48,580 bases of DNA from Minisyncoccota bacterium (GTDB taxonomy: Bacteria > Patescibacteriota > Minisyncoccia > Phycocordibacterales > UBA9973). The notes beneath the pieces were generated by a model. The model made no database searches, was not told where the DNA came from, and was given only the letters and a program-made list of their open reading frames with translations. Numbering within the stretch: position 1 is the stretch's first letter; each line of letters begins with the position of its first letter. Made by a program: the position numbers and the translations under genes. The stretch is taken from the NCBI GenBank assembly GCA_043718505.1, contig JAYSVN010000029.1, positions 1 through 48,580 on the forward strand, given 5' to 3'. Shown here in pieces: positions 35,136 through 45,132 of the stretch.

Positions 35136-37823
35136 TTACATACTCATCTCCACCTTCTCTTTTCTCATCCTCGGTCTTGTCGTCTTTCTTTTGCCTTCGA
35201 TTACGAGATCGCCTTTTCTTTCGTCAACCGTTACCGTATCACCTTCACTGGTCGTACCGGCAATAATGAACGAAGCAATCGGATTGAGAATCTTAGTCTG
35301 AATCAGACGGTTGAGCGGTCTTGCGCCGTAGTGCGGATTGTAGCCTTCTTTGGCGAGATAGTTGAGCGCGGCTTCAGAAATCTCAAGTGTGATCCCCTTG
35401 TCGAGCATACGAATTTTGAGAGCCTCGATACGGAGTTTAACAATTTCCTTAATTTTATCAGCAGGCAAAATGTCAAAGACAATGGTTTCGTCCAAACGAT
35501 TAAGAAATTCCGGTCGGAAAAATTCTTTTAAAGAGTCCATGACTTTCTCTTTTGTCTGAACATAATTTTCACCGTCGCTAGCGTTTGAGAAGCCAATACT
35601 TTCCATTTTCTGGATAAATTCAGAACCGATGTTTGAGGTCAGAACAATAATACAATTCTTGAAGTTTACCTTGCGGCCTTTGGCGTCTGTAAGTTGACCA
35701 TCGTCGAGTACTTGGAGAAGCAAGTTGAAAACTTCAGGATGAGCTTTTTCAACTTCATCAAAAAGCACAACCGAATACGGGCGATGACGAATAGCTTCGG
35801 TAAGCTGACCAGATTCATCGTAGCCAACGTAACCTGGCGGTGAACCGATAAGCTTGGAAATACTGTGACGCTCCATGTATTCGGACATATCGACGCGAAT
35901 GAGTGCCTTGTCGTCGTTAAACATAAACTGTGCAAGAGTCTTGGTCAGTTCAGTTTTTCCAACACCGGTCGGACCGAGGAAAAGGAATGAGCCAATCGGC
36001 CGATTCGGATCTGAAATACCGGCGCGGGAACGGCGAACGACATCAGCGATTTTCTTAATCGCTTCTTCTTGTCCAACGACACGCTTGTGCAGCTCATCTT
36101 CCATACGATTAAGTTTGGTACGTTCAGATTCGAGCATTTTTGAAAGCGGAATCCCTGTCCATTGAGCAACGACAGCAGCGATGTCTTCGGCATTAATTTC
36201 TTCTTTCAAGACACGGCGGTTTTTTTGCAATTTTTGCAACTTCAAAAGTTTGTCATCAAGCTCTTTGCGTAGCGCCGGAATACGTCCGTAGCGAATTTCT
36301 GCAGCACGACCAAGGTCAGCGCGCATTTCAGCATTTTCGGCTTCAATGCGAAGTGAATCAAGTTCTTTTTTGAAAGCGCGAATATCCGTCAAAATTGACT
36401 TCTCATTTTTCCATTTAAGTTCAAGCTCACTCGTGCCTTCGCGGAGGTTAGCAATTTCAGATTCCAAATCATGAATGCGCTTGCGGGCAATTTTGGCTTC
36501 ATCACCGCCAAGGTCAGCTTCACGCTTGAGTGCTTCGCGTTCAATTTCAAAACGCATAATTTTACGATGGGCTTCTTCAAGAGGAGCAGGTTTATTTTCA
36601 AGTGCAATACGCAAAGACGATGAAGCTTCATCGATTAGGTCCACCGCTTTGTCTGGCAGATAGCGATTTGTAATGTAGCGAGTGGAAAGATTAACAGCTG
36701 CCAGAATTGCGTCATCAGTAATATGAACACCATGATAGAGCTCATACTTTTCTTTGAGGCCGCGCAAAATCGCAATTGTATCTTCGAGTGATGGCTCATC
36801 TACAAATACTGGCTGGAAACGTCGGGCCAGTGCCGGATCTTTTTCAATATGTTTTTGGTATTCCTTAATTGTTGTTGCACCAATAGCGCGAAGTTCACCG
36901 CGTGCAAGAGACGGTTTGAGCAGGTTTGCAGCATCAGCACCGCCTTCAACACCACCGGCACCAACGATACTGTGAATTTCATCGATAAAGAGAATAACGC
37001 CACCGTTAGCCCTTTCAATTTCTTTTAAAATATTCTTCAAACGCTCTTCAAATTCACCGCGGTACTTGGTACCGGCAATGAGCGCACCAAGATCGAGCGA
37101 AACAATTTCTTTATCTTTGAGTGATTCAGGAACATCACTTTTGATAATGCGCTGAGCCAGACCTTCAACAACAGCTGTTTTTCCTGTTCCTGCTTCCCCG
37201 ATCAAAATAGGATTATTTTTTGTGCGACGCGACAAAATCTGCATGATACGCATTATTTCAGTATCACGGCCGATCACTGGATCTAGTTTATCTTCACGGG
37301 CGAGTTTGGTGAGGTTGCGGGTAAACTTATTGAGCATGCGGAATTTCTTCGGTGAATGAGCGTCAGTAATGTGTGCATTCTTTAATTCTTCAACGATTTG
37401 AAGTACAGCATCTTTGGAAATTCGGAAGCGGCCAAGCAGTTCACGTGCTTCGCCGGCAATGTCGATAAGCGCTACAAAAAGATGTTCGGTCGAAACAAAT
37501 TCATCTTTGAGCGACTGGGCGATTTTGACTGAATGATCAATAACCTGAGCAAGATCAGGCGTAAAGTACATTTGGTATGAAGGCGAAACAGTATTCTGGC
37601 TTTCAGGCGCTTCAATTGCTTCAACAACAGAATCCGTCAAAAGCATCGAATCAATATCGAGTTTCTCCAGGATCGAAATAACCATTGATTCTTCCTGTAA
37701 TAAAAGTGCAGTGAGTAAGTGCAACGAATTAACATGGTTTTGGCCGCGTTCAATTGCCAGCTCATGGGCTTTTCTAATAGCTTCCTTGGCTTTAGTTGTA
37801 AATTGATTAAATGGTGGTTGCAT
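35136..37823 (-). CDS. clpB: ATP-dependent chaperone ClpB
   Basis: 895 aa. Clp N-domain, NBD1 Walker A GEAGTGKT, a long coiled-coil M-domain, NBD2 GPTGVGKTE, and the sensor-2 C-terminal domain. Confidence 0.95.
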   Translation of the reverse strand: MQPPFNQFTTKAKEAIRKAHELAIERGQNHVNSLHLLTALLLQEESMVISILEKLDIDSMLLTDSVVEAIEAPESQNTVSPSYQMYFTPDLAQVIDHSVKIAQSLKDEFVSTEHLFVALIDIAGEARELLGRFRISKDAVLQIVEELKNAHITDAHSPKKFRMLNKFTRNLTKLAREDKLDPVIGRDTEIMRIMQILSRRTKNNPILIGEAGTGKTAVVEGLAQRIIKSDVPESLKDKEIVSLDLGALIAGTKYRGEFEERLKNILKEIERANGGVILFIDEIHSIVGAGGVEGGADAANLLKPSLARGELRAIGATTIKEYQKHIEKDPALARRFQPVFVDEPSLEDTIAILRGLKEKYELYHGVHITDDAILAAVNLSTRYITNRYLPDKAVDLIDEASSSLRIALENKPAPLEEAHRKIMRFEIEREALKREADLGGDEAKIARKRIHDLESEIANLREGTSELELKWKNEKSILTDIRAFKKELDSLRIEAENAEMRADLGRAAEIRYGRIPALRKELDDKLLKLQKLQKNRRVLKEEINAEDIAAVVAQWTGIPLSKMLESERTKLNRMEDELHKRVVGQEEAIKKIADVVRRSRAGISDPNRPIGSFLFLGPTGVGKTELTKTLAQFMFNDDKALIRVDMSEYMERHSISKLIGSPPGYVGYDESGQLTEAIRHRPYSVVLFDEVEKAHPEVFNLLLQVLDDGQLTDAKGRKVNFKNCIIVLTSNIGSEFIQKMESIGFSNASDGENYVQTKEKVMDSLKEFFRPEFLNRLDETIVFDILPADKIKEIVKLRIEALKIRMLDKGITLEISEAALNYLAKEGYNPHYGARPLNRLIQTKILNPIASFIIAGTTSEGDTVTVDERKGDLVIEGKRKTTRPRMRKEKVEMSM

Positions 37824-37836
37824 ATATTTTTAAAAA

Positions 37837-39141
37837 TTAATTTTTATGTGCGTGCGACCAGGTTTGCCATTGGTCAATTGCGGTCCGTAAAACAGTTATC
37901 GCTTCTCTAATATCGGTGACGTTTGTGTCTCGGCCAAATGACAATCTGATTGTCCCGTCGAGCGGATTTCCTCCTATAGAAAGTATAACATGTGAGTCAA
38001 TTGAACTGTCATCTTCTTTTGCTGTACTGCAGGCACTTCTAGATGAAGCATATATTTTTTTGGCCGATAAAGCGAGGACTAGATAATCGCTTTCAATTCC
38101 TGCAATTGAGAAGGCTAAATTATTTGGCAATCTATTTGTCGGATGGCCTAAAAGTTTTGCCTCAGGAATTTGCCTGGCAAATTCGATCTTCCCTGCTTCC
38201 AAAATTTTCACGAGGCGGGCATTTTCTTTTTCGCGCATTTTAACTGCATCTTCCATGGCCTTGGCAAAACCAACAATAAGTGACGTGGCTTCGGTCCCTC
38301 CACGACGGTCTTTTTCCTGTCCGCCGCCCGGCATCGGAGAAAGAAACGGGGCAGTATTTTTGACATACAGAAGGGCAATACCTCTTGGTCCATATATTTT
38401 ACCTGAGCTAATGGTCATAAAATCAACTCCGGGTTTAACTACTCTACTAGGTAAATAATGAAAAGATTGTGAAGCATCAGTATGGAGAAGTGGAAATTCA
38501 TCTACTTCCTCAATTTTTATTGCTGCGTCTTTCATCTTTATTTCTTTTTTATAATGTCTTAAGGTCTTTGCGATTGCATCCAAGGGTTCAATCGTTCCGA
38601 TTTCATTATTGGCATTCATAATAGAAACGACAACAGTATTTTTTTGGAGTGCACTTTTTAATTCTAACAAATTAATTACTCCATATTCATCAACACCGAT
38701 ACGGCTGACCAAAACACCGTCCTCTTCCAAAATATCAGCCAGTTCCATAATAGACGGATGTTCAATGTTCGAAATAATAATATGCGGAACTTCACCCGGA
38801 TATATTTTTCGCCAAGCTTCAAGCGCACCCCGGATAGCAAGTGTATTCGATTCAGTGGCGCTTGCCGTAAAAACAATTTCTGAAGGTCTGGCTTCAATTA
38901 GTTCAGCAATTTGGCTACGGGCGTTTTCGACGGCTTTTTTGGCCTCCACGCTCTTTCCGTGTATGCCGCCGGGGTTGGCAAAAAGACCTCTTACAGAGGC
39001 CATGGCGGCCTCTACAGAAGCCGAAATGGGTGTGGCTGAAGCATAATCTAGGTATATTTCTCTATTATTTACTCGCTTGCTAGCCAACTGAGCCTTATTT
39101 TTCATAGGTTTTTTCAATTTCATGTCATTGCCAAAAGGCAA
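37837..39141 (-). CDS. cysteine desulfurase (class V aminotransferase, IscS/NifS-like)
   Basis: Class-V fold with the PLP-Lys region SSGKIYGPRGIALLY and the active-site Cys segment SSRSACS. The N-terminal start is ambiguous (MPFGN.. / MKLKK.. / MKNKAQ..). Confidence 0.85.
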   Translation of the reverse strand: MPFGNDMKLKKPMKNKAQLASKRVNNREIYLDYASATPISASVEAAMASVRGLFANPGGIHGKSVEAKKAVENARSQIAELIEARPSEIVFTASATESNTLAIRGALEAWRKIYPGEVPHIIISNIEHPSIMELADILEEDGVLVSRIGVDEYGVINLLELKSALQKNTVVVSIMNANNEIGTIEPLDAIAKTLRHYKKEIKMKDAAIKIEEVDEFPLLHTDASQSFHYLPSRVVKPGVDFMTISSGKIYGPRGIALLYVKNTAPFLSPMPGGGQEKDRRGGTEATSLIVGFAKAMEDAVKMREKENARLVKILEAGKIEFARQIPEAKLLGHPTNRLPNNLAFSIAGIESDYLVLALSAKKIYASSRSACSTAKEDDSSIDSHVILSIGGNPLDGTIRLSFGRDTNVTDIREAITVLRTAIDQWQTWSHAHKN

Positions 39142-39165
39142 CTTAGAGTATATAATTGTTGCCTG

Positions 39166-39645
39166 ATGAGCACAAATGCTATATACATTGCGCTGCCTTG
39201 GATAGTCGGCGGTGCAGCACTTATTTCACTTGCAAGCCTCATAGGGGTTATCTTGCTCTTTGCTCGCATAAAAAAAATTATGAACGGAAAAACCGGACGT
39301 GATTTGGAAGAAGGTATCATTTCAATAGATAAAAAACTCACCGTCATTGAAGCAAATGAAGAGCTCCTGGCTGAAGGAATTGAAAATGTCGACAAGCGTT
39401 TACGCTCTTCAATCAGGTCAGTTGAAATGTCAAGATTTAATCCATTTGAAGATCAGGGCGGCAATCATAGTTTTGCAATTTCAATGGTTAATGAAAAAGG
39501 CGATGGTGTCGTGCTCTCAAGTTTATATTCGCGTGAGCGCATGAGTGTTTTTGCCAAACACATTAAGAAAGGTGAATCTGATATTGATCTTACAGATGAA
39601 GAACAAAATGTGCTGACCAAAGGATTGCAATCGATCAAAGAATAA
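39166..39645 (+). CDS. DUF4446-family membrane-anchored protein
   Basis: N-terminal TM helix, then RFNPFEDQGGNHSFAISMVNEKGDGVVLSSLYSRERMSVFAK, the DUF4446 signature. Confidence 0.6.
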   Translation: MSTNAIYIALPWIVGGAALISLASLIGVILLFARIKKIMNGKTGRDLEEGIISIDKKLTVIEANEELLAEGIENVDKRLRSSIRSVEMSRFNPFEDQGGNHSFAISMVNEKGDGVVLSSLYSRERMSVFAKHIKKGESDIDLTDEEQNVLTKGLQSIKE

Positions 39646-39651
39646 TTACAC

Positions 39652-41163
39652 ATGAAAGAAACACAAACAAAACGACCGCCGGTGGTCGTGGTAATGGGCC
39701 ATATCGACCATGGCAAATCCACGCTCCTCGACTATATACGCAAGGCTAATGTAACCGCTCTCGAAGCGGGCGGTATTACGCAACATATTTCTGCATATGT
39801 AGTTGAGCATCCACATGGAAAAGCAGACGGCAAAGACGGCATGGAAAAAATTACTTTCCTCGACACTCCCGGTCACGCAGCTTTTACTCGCATCCGCGAA
39901 CGTGGCGCAAAAGTAGCTGACATTGCCATCCTTGTTGTTTCAGCCGAAGACTCAGTCAAAACACAGACACTTGAAGCTTTGCAAACTATTAAAGAAAGCA
40001 ATACACCTTACATTGTCGCCATCAACAAGATTGATCGTCCTGGTGCCAATGCTGAAAAAACCAAAATTGATCTTTCTGAGGCCGGCGTCTACCTCGAAGG
40101 CTACGGCGGTGATATTCCCTACGCAGAAATTTCTGCCAAGGTTGGTACTGGTATTCCTCACTTGCTTGAACTCATTCTCCTGGTAGCAGAAGTCACTGGT
40201 TTTACTTACTCTCCTGAAAAACAATCTGAAGGAATTGTTATAGAATCTAAGCTTGATCCAAAGCGTGGTATTTCAGCTAGTCTTATTACTAAAGACGGCA
40301 CGCTCAAAAAAGGTGACTTTATTTTAGTCGGTGAAGCAATTTGTGGCACACGTATAATGGAGAATTATCTTGGTAAAGCGATTGATGAAGCACCGGCCAG
40401 CACCCCAGTTTCTCTTGTTGGTTTTGATGAACTTCCACCTGTCGGCGGCGTATTCACAAGTTATGCTTCAAAAAAAGAAGCTGAGTTTGCCCGTGATGAA
40501 AAAACAAAAGGTCCCCGCAATTTGGATCAGCAAGTGCTAGGTACACCGAATGCTAACACCAAAATTATTCCTCTTGTTTTGCGCGCTGACACAGCCGGCA
40601 GTCTTGATGCAATTGAAAAGGAATTGGAAAAAATTGTGACAGATGAAATTACTTTCAAAATCACCGCCAAGGGTATCGGTGCAATTAATGAATTTGATAT
40701 GAAGCTTGCTGCGGCTGACCCTAGTGTTCTGGTTGTTGGTTTCCATGTCAAAGTTGATCCGAACGCCGAAGAGTTACACCAGAAAAATGGCAGCTTCCTT
40801 GAAGTCTTCGACATTATTTACAAATTGACCGAACGCTTAGCGACAATTCTTGAAGAACGCCGTCCGCGTAAAGAAATTGAAGAAGTTATTGGCAGTATAA
40901 AAATCCTGAAAACATTTTCACGTACCAAAGAACGCCAAGTCGTTGGCGGCCGAATTCTTGCCGGCAAATGTACCGATCGCTCGCATATTCGTATTTTGCG
41001 TCGTGATGAAGAAATCAGCCGCGGCCATATTGTCGGTTTACAGGTTTCCAAGATTAGTGCCAAAGAAGCTCTTGAGGGTACAGAGTGCGGTGTACTTGTT
41101 GAAAGTAAAATTGAAATTGCGCCAGGTGATACATTTGAATGTATAACGACAACCACGAAGTAA
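39652..41163 (+). CDS. infB: translation initiation factor IF-2 (short form, begins at the G domain)
   Basis: GHIDHGKSTLLD, DTPGH, NKID, then the beta-barrel and C-terminal domains. Only 503 aa, with no N-terminal extension. Confidence 0.92.
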   Translation: MKETQTKRPPVVVVMGHIDHGKSTLLDYIRKANVTALEAGGITQHISAYVVEHPHGKADGKDGMEKITFLDTPGHAAFTRIRERGAKVADIAILVVSAEDSVKTQTLEALQTIKESNTPYIVAINKIDRPGANAEKTKIDLSEAGVYLEGYGGDIPYAEISAKVGTGIPHLLELILLVAEVTGFTYSPEKQSEGIVIESKLDPKRGISASLITKDGTLKKGDFILVGEAICGTRIMENYLGKAIDEAPASTPVSLVGFDELPPVGGVFTSYASKKEAEFARDEKTKGPRNLDQQVLGTPNANTKIIPLVLRADTAGSLDAIEKELEKIVTDEITFKITAKGIGAINEFDMKLAAADPSVLVVGFHVKVDPNAEELHQKNGSFLEVFDIIYKLTERLATILEERRPRKEIEEVIGSIKILKTFSRTKERQVVGGRILAGKCTDRSHIRILRRDEEISRGHIVGLQVSKISAKEALEGTECGVLVESKIEIAPGDTFECITTTTK

Positions 41164-41164
41164 T

Positions 41165-41518
41165 ATGCCGAGTAATCCAAAAGACATTCGAGGTTCAAAG
41201 AGAGAAAAACTGGCTGAAGCTATCCGCGAGCAGGCAGCTGTTTTTATTGAGCGCGAAGCCAATCCGACTTCCCTTATTACAGTGACACGTGTTGAGGTTG
41301 ATGACAGATTGAAAAAAGGCATTATTTTTGTTACCGTTATGCCAGACTCAAAGAAAGAAGAAGCTTTGTCTTTCTTGCGTCGTATTCGCAGCGACCTGCA
41401 GCACCACCTGCAAAAGTCCGGCCGAATTCCCCGTCCGCCAATGCTCGACATTGTTGATGATGTAGGAGAAAAGCATAGACAGAATATCGAGAGAATTATT
41501 AAGGAAGTTGGGTTGTAG
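41165..41518 (+). CDS. rbfA: ribosome-binding factor A
   Basis: 117 aa in the classic position after infB; it shows the KH-like RbfA pattern (ITVTRVEVDDRLKKGIIFVTV). Confidence 0.85.
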   Translation: MPSNPKDIRGSKREKLAEAIREQAAVFIEREANPTSLITVTRVEVDDRLKKGIIFVTVMPDSKKEEALSFLRRIRSDLQHHLQKSGRIPRPPMLDIVDDVGEKHRQNIERIIKEVGL

Positions 41519-41561
41519 GATTTTGACGCGTTTTTACAATTCATATTTTTGTTTTCGCTAC

Positions 41562-41633
41562 GGCCACGTAGCCAAGTGGTAAGGCAGTTCTCTGCAAAAG
41601 AACTATACGCCGGTTCGATTCCGACCGTGGCCT
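41562..41633 (+). tRNA. tRNA-Cys (anticodon GCA)
   Basis: Acceptor GGCCACG/CGTGGCC, anticodon stem GTTCT/AGAAC with loop CTGCAAA. The T-arm has one mismatch and the T-loop is TTCGATT. Confidence 0.75.
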
Positions 41634-41637
41634 CATT

Positions 41638-41719
41638 GCCCGAGTGATGAAATTGGTAGACATAGTCGACTTAAAATCGGCGGCCGTAAGGCATGTGGGT
41701 TCGATTCCCACCTCGGGCA
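41638..41719 (+). tRNA. tRNA-Leu (anticodon TAA)
   Basis: Acceptor GCCCGAG/CTCGGGC, anticodon loop CTTAAAA, long variable arm, T-arm GTGGG-TTCGATT-CCCAC. Confidence 0.85.
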
Positions 41720-41839
41720 CGAGTAATGTTCTAGAACAGTATTCATTGCAAACGCCATTGCAATAAGTAATTTTTAATTTATAATTTCTTTATTGTTTCT
41801 TAATATTATTCCGATTAAGAAATATTCGTAAAATAATAC

Positions 41840-41912
41840 GCGCCCATAGCTCAGTTGGTAGAGCAACTCCCTCTTAAGGAGATGGTCGCAGGTTCGAATC
41901 CTGCTGGGCGCA
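41840..41912 (+). tRNA. tRNA-Lys (anticodon CTT)
   Basis: Acceptor GCGCCCA/TGGGCGC, D-arm GCTCAGTTGGTAGAGC, anticodon loop CTCTTAA, T-arm GCAGG-TTCGAAT-CCTGC. Confidence 0.85.
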
Positions 41913-41946
41913 CAGTGAGTAAGCAGTTGCATACCACTTTATATAA

Positions 41947-42031
41947 GCCGGAGTGGCGAAATTGGCTAGACGCAACTGCCTTAGGAGCAGTCGGGAGCAA
42001 TCCTGTGGAGGTTCAAGTCCTCTCTCCGGCA
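41947..42031 (+). tRNA. tRNA-Leu (anticodon TAG)
   Basis: Acceptor GCCGGAG/CTCCGGC, anticodon stem ACTGC/GCAGT with loop CTTAGGA, long variable arm, T-arm GGAGG-TTCAAGT-CCTCT. Confidence 0.85.
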
Positions 42032-42085
42032 CAAAATTTTTATCTATAATTTTAGTAATAGACGCAGCATCAAAGCGTATGTCAC

Positions 42086-42114
42086 TTGACTTTTCTCAGT
42101 TTTTCTGATATAAA
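42086..42114 (+). promoter_or_regulatory. sigma70-like promoter (TTGACT-17-TATAAA) for the SPFH operon
   Basis: Read directly: -35 at 42086-42091 and -10 at 42109-42114, about 25 nt upstream of the ATG at 42140. Confidence 0.45.
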
Positions 42115-42139
42115 ACAGAAAAGTTAAAAACTAAACAAA

Positions 42140-43216
42140 ATGGAAAGTAACACAGTTTGGGACTGGGTTCTTAATATAGGAACAGTCATAGGATTTCTGC
42201 TTTTGCTCTTCTTCTTATGTGCACACTTTGATATTTTCTTCGCTGGTTCAGCCAGAGAAAATAGAGCGGTATTTGTCATGAAAGGAAGTAGAAAAGGTGG
42301 TCAGTATGTACGCACTATCCTGGTATCTAAGGAAAATAGTATTAAGGATAATGGTGAAGTGGGGTACGACACAGGCGGGAGTAAGCCGTTTACAATTTTA
42401 GGTAGACCATATCTTGGTTTGCCTTTTGTCCATTTTCTTGATGAACAGAAAATGGTGTGGGAGCAATTCAACGAAGAGGATAACAAGACTGACTACCGAG
42501 ACGAGGACACAAAATATCTTTTTATTAGTCAGACTAACTATGCGGTAACAGTAAGGGATGCTGAAGACAAAGAAAATTTTCCTATTGATTTAGTTATGGG
42601 TGTTATTGCCTATCCGGTTAATGCCTATACAGCAAGATTTGGTGTTACCGATTGGCAAAAGCAGTTTCGTGATCTCATAACACAATCGGTGAATAATGTT
42701 GTTGGCGAATTTACTTTCAATGATTTGAAAAGTGAAATTGATGATCTAGCTAAAACTAGTTTTGGTCAAAGAGTCATGGACGATCTTGAGCGTCTTGAAA
42801 CTGGTAAAAAGTTTTCTGATCTTACTGGTCATGAAATCGTGCGCATCGCAATTAGAAAGATCGACCCGGATGATTCGCGAAAGGAAAACCGTGAAGCTTT
42901 ATCTGCCAAATCTCTTGCCAAACTTAAGGCCGAAGGTGTTATTGAAGAAGCAAAGGGTCTCGCCCAAGCTGAAGTTGAAAAAGCAAAGGGCTCTGCTGAA
43001 GCAAGAGGAATTAAAGCTAATGCAGAAGCTAATGCAACTGTTGTTGAAGGAAATGCTAAGGTTGAGGTTGCAGGAAAAATGTATGCCGTTGAAGCTAAGG
43101 ATGAAAAAACAGTTAGCGTTGCCAGGTCCAAGGCCATTGAGAACCACAAAGGTACTTTGGCTTACGGGGTGAACGCATCAGTCCTTTTACAAGAAGAAAA
43201 GGAGGCAAAACCATGA
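42140..43216 (+). CDS. SPFH/band-7 (flotillin-like) membrane protein with an Ala/Glu/Lys-rich coiled-coil C-terminus
   Basis: N-terminal TM helix, then a band-7-like core (...VRIAIRKIDPDD...), then the flotillin-type repeat EAKGLAQAEVEKAKGSAEARGIKANAEANA. Confidence 0.6.
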   Translation: MESNTVWDWVLNIGTVIGFLLLLFFLCAHFDIFFAGSARENRAVFVMKGSRKGGQYVRTILVSKENSIKDNGEVGYDTGGSKPFTILGRPYLGLPFVHFLDEQKMVWEQFNEEDNKTDYRDEDTKYLFISQTNYAVTVRDAEDKENFPIDLVMGVIAYPVNAYTARFGVTDWQKQFRDLITQSVNNVVGEFTFNDLKSEIDDLAKTSFGQRVMDDLERLETGKKFSDLTGHEIVRIAIRKIDPDDSRKENREALSAKSLAKLKAEGVIEEAKGLAQAEVEKAKGSAEARGIKANAEANATVVEGNAKVEVAGKMYAVEAKDEKTVSVARSKAIENHKGTLAYGVNASVLLQEEKEAKP

Positions 43217-43659
43217 AGCTCTGGTATATTCTTTTACCGATGTGCATTCTATTATTCACTGTGATGTTTTTTGTGCAGAATTCAGGAAAACTTGGTACTG
43301 TCAAAACTGCCGCAGGCAAAGTCATTACCAAATGGAAAATAAAACCTCCATCATGGCAAAATATCAAGAGAATTCTAACTTTGCTTGTAATTGCTTTCTT
43401 TATCTGGCAATGGTGGCCGAAAAAGCAGTATCAAACATTGTACTTCAAAAAAGGTCAGGATTACAAAACAGTTTATCTTGATCTGCGACCCTTTCATTGG
43501 GAAGTGCAGGGTGGTGTTCTTTGCGGTTTTAATGGTAAGGGAGAACGTATGAGACTAGGCGACTGGTATCAGAACTTCTACGGTCCCGAATACAGAGTAA
43601 TGAAACTCAAGGTTGAGTCCGGGGATGATGTTGTTATGACGCTTACGTACAAAGATTGA
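43213..43659 (+). CDS. small membrane protein co-transcribed with the SPFH gene (148 aa)
   Basis: Its start overlaps the SPFH stop (ATGA). Two TM helices and a Trp-rich segment. It is not obviously NfeD-like. Confidence 0.5.
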   Translation: MKLWYILLPMCILLFTVMFFVQNSGKLGTVKTAAGKVITKWKIKPPSWQNIKRILTLLVIAFFIWQWWPKKQYQTLYFKKGQDYKTVYLDLRPFHWEVQGGVLCGFNGKGERMRLGDWYQNFYGPEYRVMKLKVESGDDVVMTLTYKD

Positions 43660-43688
43660 TATAGTTCTCAAAATTAAACAGTAAAATC

Positions 43689-43727
43689 AAAACGCTCCGA
43701 GTTGTACACTCGAAGCGTTTTTTATTT
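43689..43727. terminator. bidirectional rho-independent terminator
   Basis: Nested hairpin AAACGCT-CCGAGT-tgtaca-CTCGA-AGCGTTT followed by TTTTT. It also terminates the convergent pilin operon. Confidence 0.75.
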
Positions 43728-43748
43728 ACGCATTTTTCTTTCTTCGCA

Positions 43749-44069
43749 CTAGAATGGCGATTCGCAATTATCTGCACCCGATAGGCCCCATGAGCCGCAG
43801 ACAAGATTAATTATCCCGCCAGCGGCAATCATGATGAACATGCCAATGATCCCCCACATTATGTGTTTTCCACCGGTCGCCCGGGCGTCACTGCTTTCGC
43901 TGTCTTTGATGAATTCAAAAACACCGTACAGAAACACAATTAGAGCTACCGCAAAACCGAGCTTAATAGCCGGATTCAAGATAATCACTTCAACTTTTAT
44001 AATGAATTTCTTGAGTGGCGTTAAATCTGCTGCGGCTTGGGCAATATGAGGCATCCAGAAATTAAACAT
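43749..44069 (-). CDS. pilin-like small membrane protein P5 (T4SS-pilin/TrbC-VirB2-like), N-terminally degenerate
   Basis: Core GFAVALIVFLYGVFEFIKDSESSDARATGGKHIMWGIIGMFIMIAAGGIINLV is homologous to P3/P4. C-terminal Cys pair (C...C). There is no signal peptide, only the relic AQAAAD of a cleavage-site region, and no SD; it starts 9 nt after the P4 stop. Confidence 0.45.
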   Translation of the reverse strand: MFNFWMPHIAQAAADLTPLKKFIIKVEVIILNPAIKLGFAVALIVFLYGVFEFIKDSESSDARATGGKHIMWGIIGMFIMIAAGGIINLVCGSWGLSGADNCESPF

Positions 44070-44078
44070 AGGAGGAAA

Positions 44079-44462
44079 CTAGATACAGACTGAACCGTTG
44101 ATGATTGTACCCGGAGCTACGCCTGGAGGACATGGCAAGCTTGAAGCACCTGTGCCAGGACCAACACCTGTAGTATTGGCAATGAACTTTACAAGGCCCC
44201 AAACAGCGACGATAGCGAAAAGTCCGACAACACCCCAGATCATCATTTGGCGACCCTTTGCCTTTGCTTCTTCATCACCTGCAATAACGTATCTCACGAT
44301 ACCCCAGATAAACATAAGCATAGCAATAGCGACCAAAAGAGTCGTAAGCTTGCCGACAAGCGTCGAGCCGGTATCGAGAAGGGTTCCTGCATTTGCGGCT
44401 TGAGCTAGTGCCAAACCTGGAAACAAGAATACAGAGAGAAATAATACTGCTAATTTTTTCAT
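44079..44462 (-). CDS. pilin-like secreted membrane protein P4 (T4SS-pilin/TrbC-VirB2-like)
   Basis: Signal peptide with ALA-QA, two hydrophobic helices separated by a short charged loop (FIWGIVRYVIAGDEEAKAKGRQMMIWGVVGLFAIVAVWGLVKFI), and a C-terminal Cys pair LPCPPGVAPGTIINGSVCI. Confidence 0.6.
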   Translation of the reverse strand: MKKLAVLFLSVFLFPGLALAQAANAGTLLDTGSTLVGKLTTLLVAIAMLMFIWGIVRYVIAGDEEAKAKGRQMMIWGVVGLFAIVAVWGLVKFIANTTGVGPGTGASSLPCPPGVAPGTIINGSVCI

Positions 44463-44531
44463 AATTTTTTCTTAAACTTCTATTCGACCGTTATTTATTA
44501 ATATTTGTAGCGGTAAACCGCCGACAAAAGC

Positions 44532-44559
44532 ATTATACCACTCCAGCTCCTTTGTCTAA
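44532..44559 (-). promoter_or_regulatory. extended -10 promoter (TTAGAC-N16-TGGTATAAT) upstream of pilin P4
   Basis: Read on the minus strand: -35 at 44554-44559, TG at 44539-44540, -10 at 44532-44537. It lies about 70 nt upstream of the P4 ATG. Confidence 0.45.
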
Positions 44560-44586
44560 TGGGTAAATAGTGGAAAAGGGATTGTA

Positions 44587-45105
44587 TTATTCCGGAAATT
44601 GTGGTGGAAATTCAGTATTGATTTCAAAGGTATTTGAGATAATGGCAACCAGCCCCCAAACCGCAACCATGACAAAAAGGCCGATAACACCATAGACCAT
44701 AAATGATCTGCCACGCTCTCTGTCCTCGGAGCCGTCCGGTGAAATAACATATCTAACTACTCCCCAGATGAATACAAGCATTGCTATTGAAAAAAGAAGC
44801 GGCATCAGGGAGTTTGAAATCGTACAAGTGATATAGTCAAAGATTTGAGGAATATCACCAAAATTCTTTGGGCAAGAAACAGTGTTTGATGTCTGGGTTG
44901 TAGCCGGATTTTGATTGGCTAAAGTTTGAAAATCGTAAATATTGCCGCTATCATCTACAGAACCGCCATCTCGTGTTCCGGATGTGTCTCCAAATGTTCC
45001 GCGTATAGGCTGCGCAAAAGTCAATGTCGGTAATGAAAACGCGGCCAATAGTAAGATAACGAAGACTTTTTGCAGGATTTTATAATTACTTAAGATTTTT
45101 TTCAT
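44587..45105 (-). CDS. pilin-like secreted membrane protein P3 (T4SS-pilin/TrbC-VirB2-like)
   Basis: Signal peptide, an N-terminal Cys pair (SCPKNFGDIPQIFDYITC), and the core FIWGVVRYVISPDGSEDRERGRSFMVYGVIGLFVMVAVWGLVAII, about 65% identical to P4. Confidence 0.6.
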   Translation of the reverse strand: MKKILSNYKILQKVFVILLLAAFSLPTLTFAQPIRGTFGDTSGTRDGGSVDDSGNIYDFQTLANQNPATTQTSNTVSCPKNFGDIPQIFDYITCTISNSLMPLLFSIAMLVFIWGVVRYVISPDGSEDRERGRSFMVYGVIGLFVMVAVWGLVAIISNTFEINTEFPPQFPE

Positions 45106-45132
45106 ATTATTTTTATATCATTACACTTATTA

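Noticed and set aside
41855-42049. Track ORF (64 aa) spanning tRNA-Lys and tRNA-Leu(TAG)
   Set aside because: It lies entirely over two confidently folded tRNA genes, and its protein sequence reads like translated tRNA.
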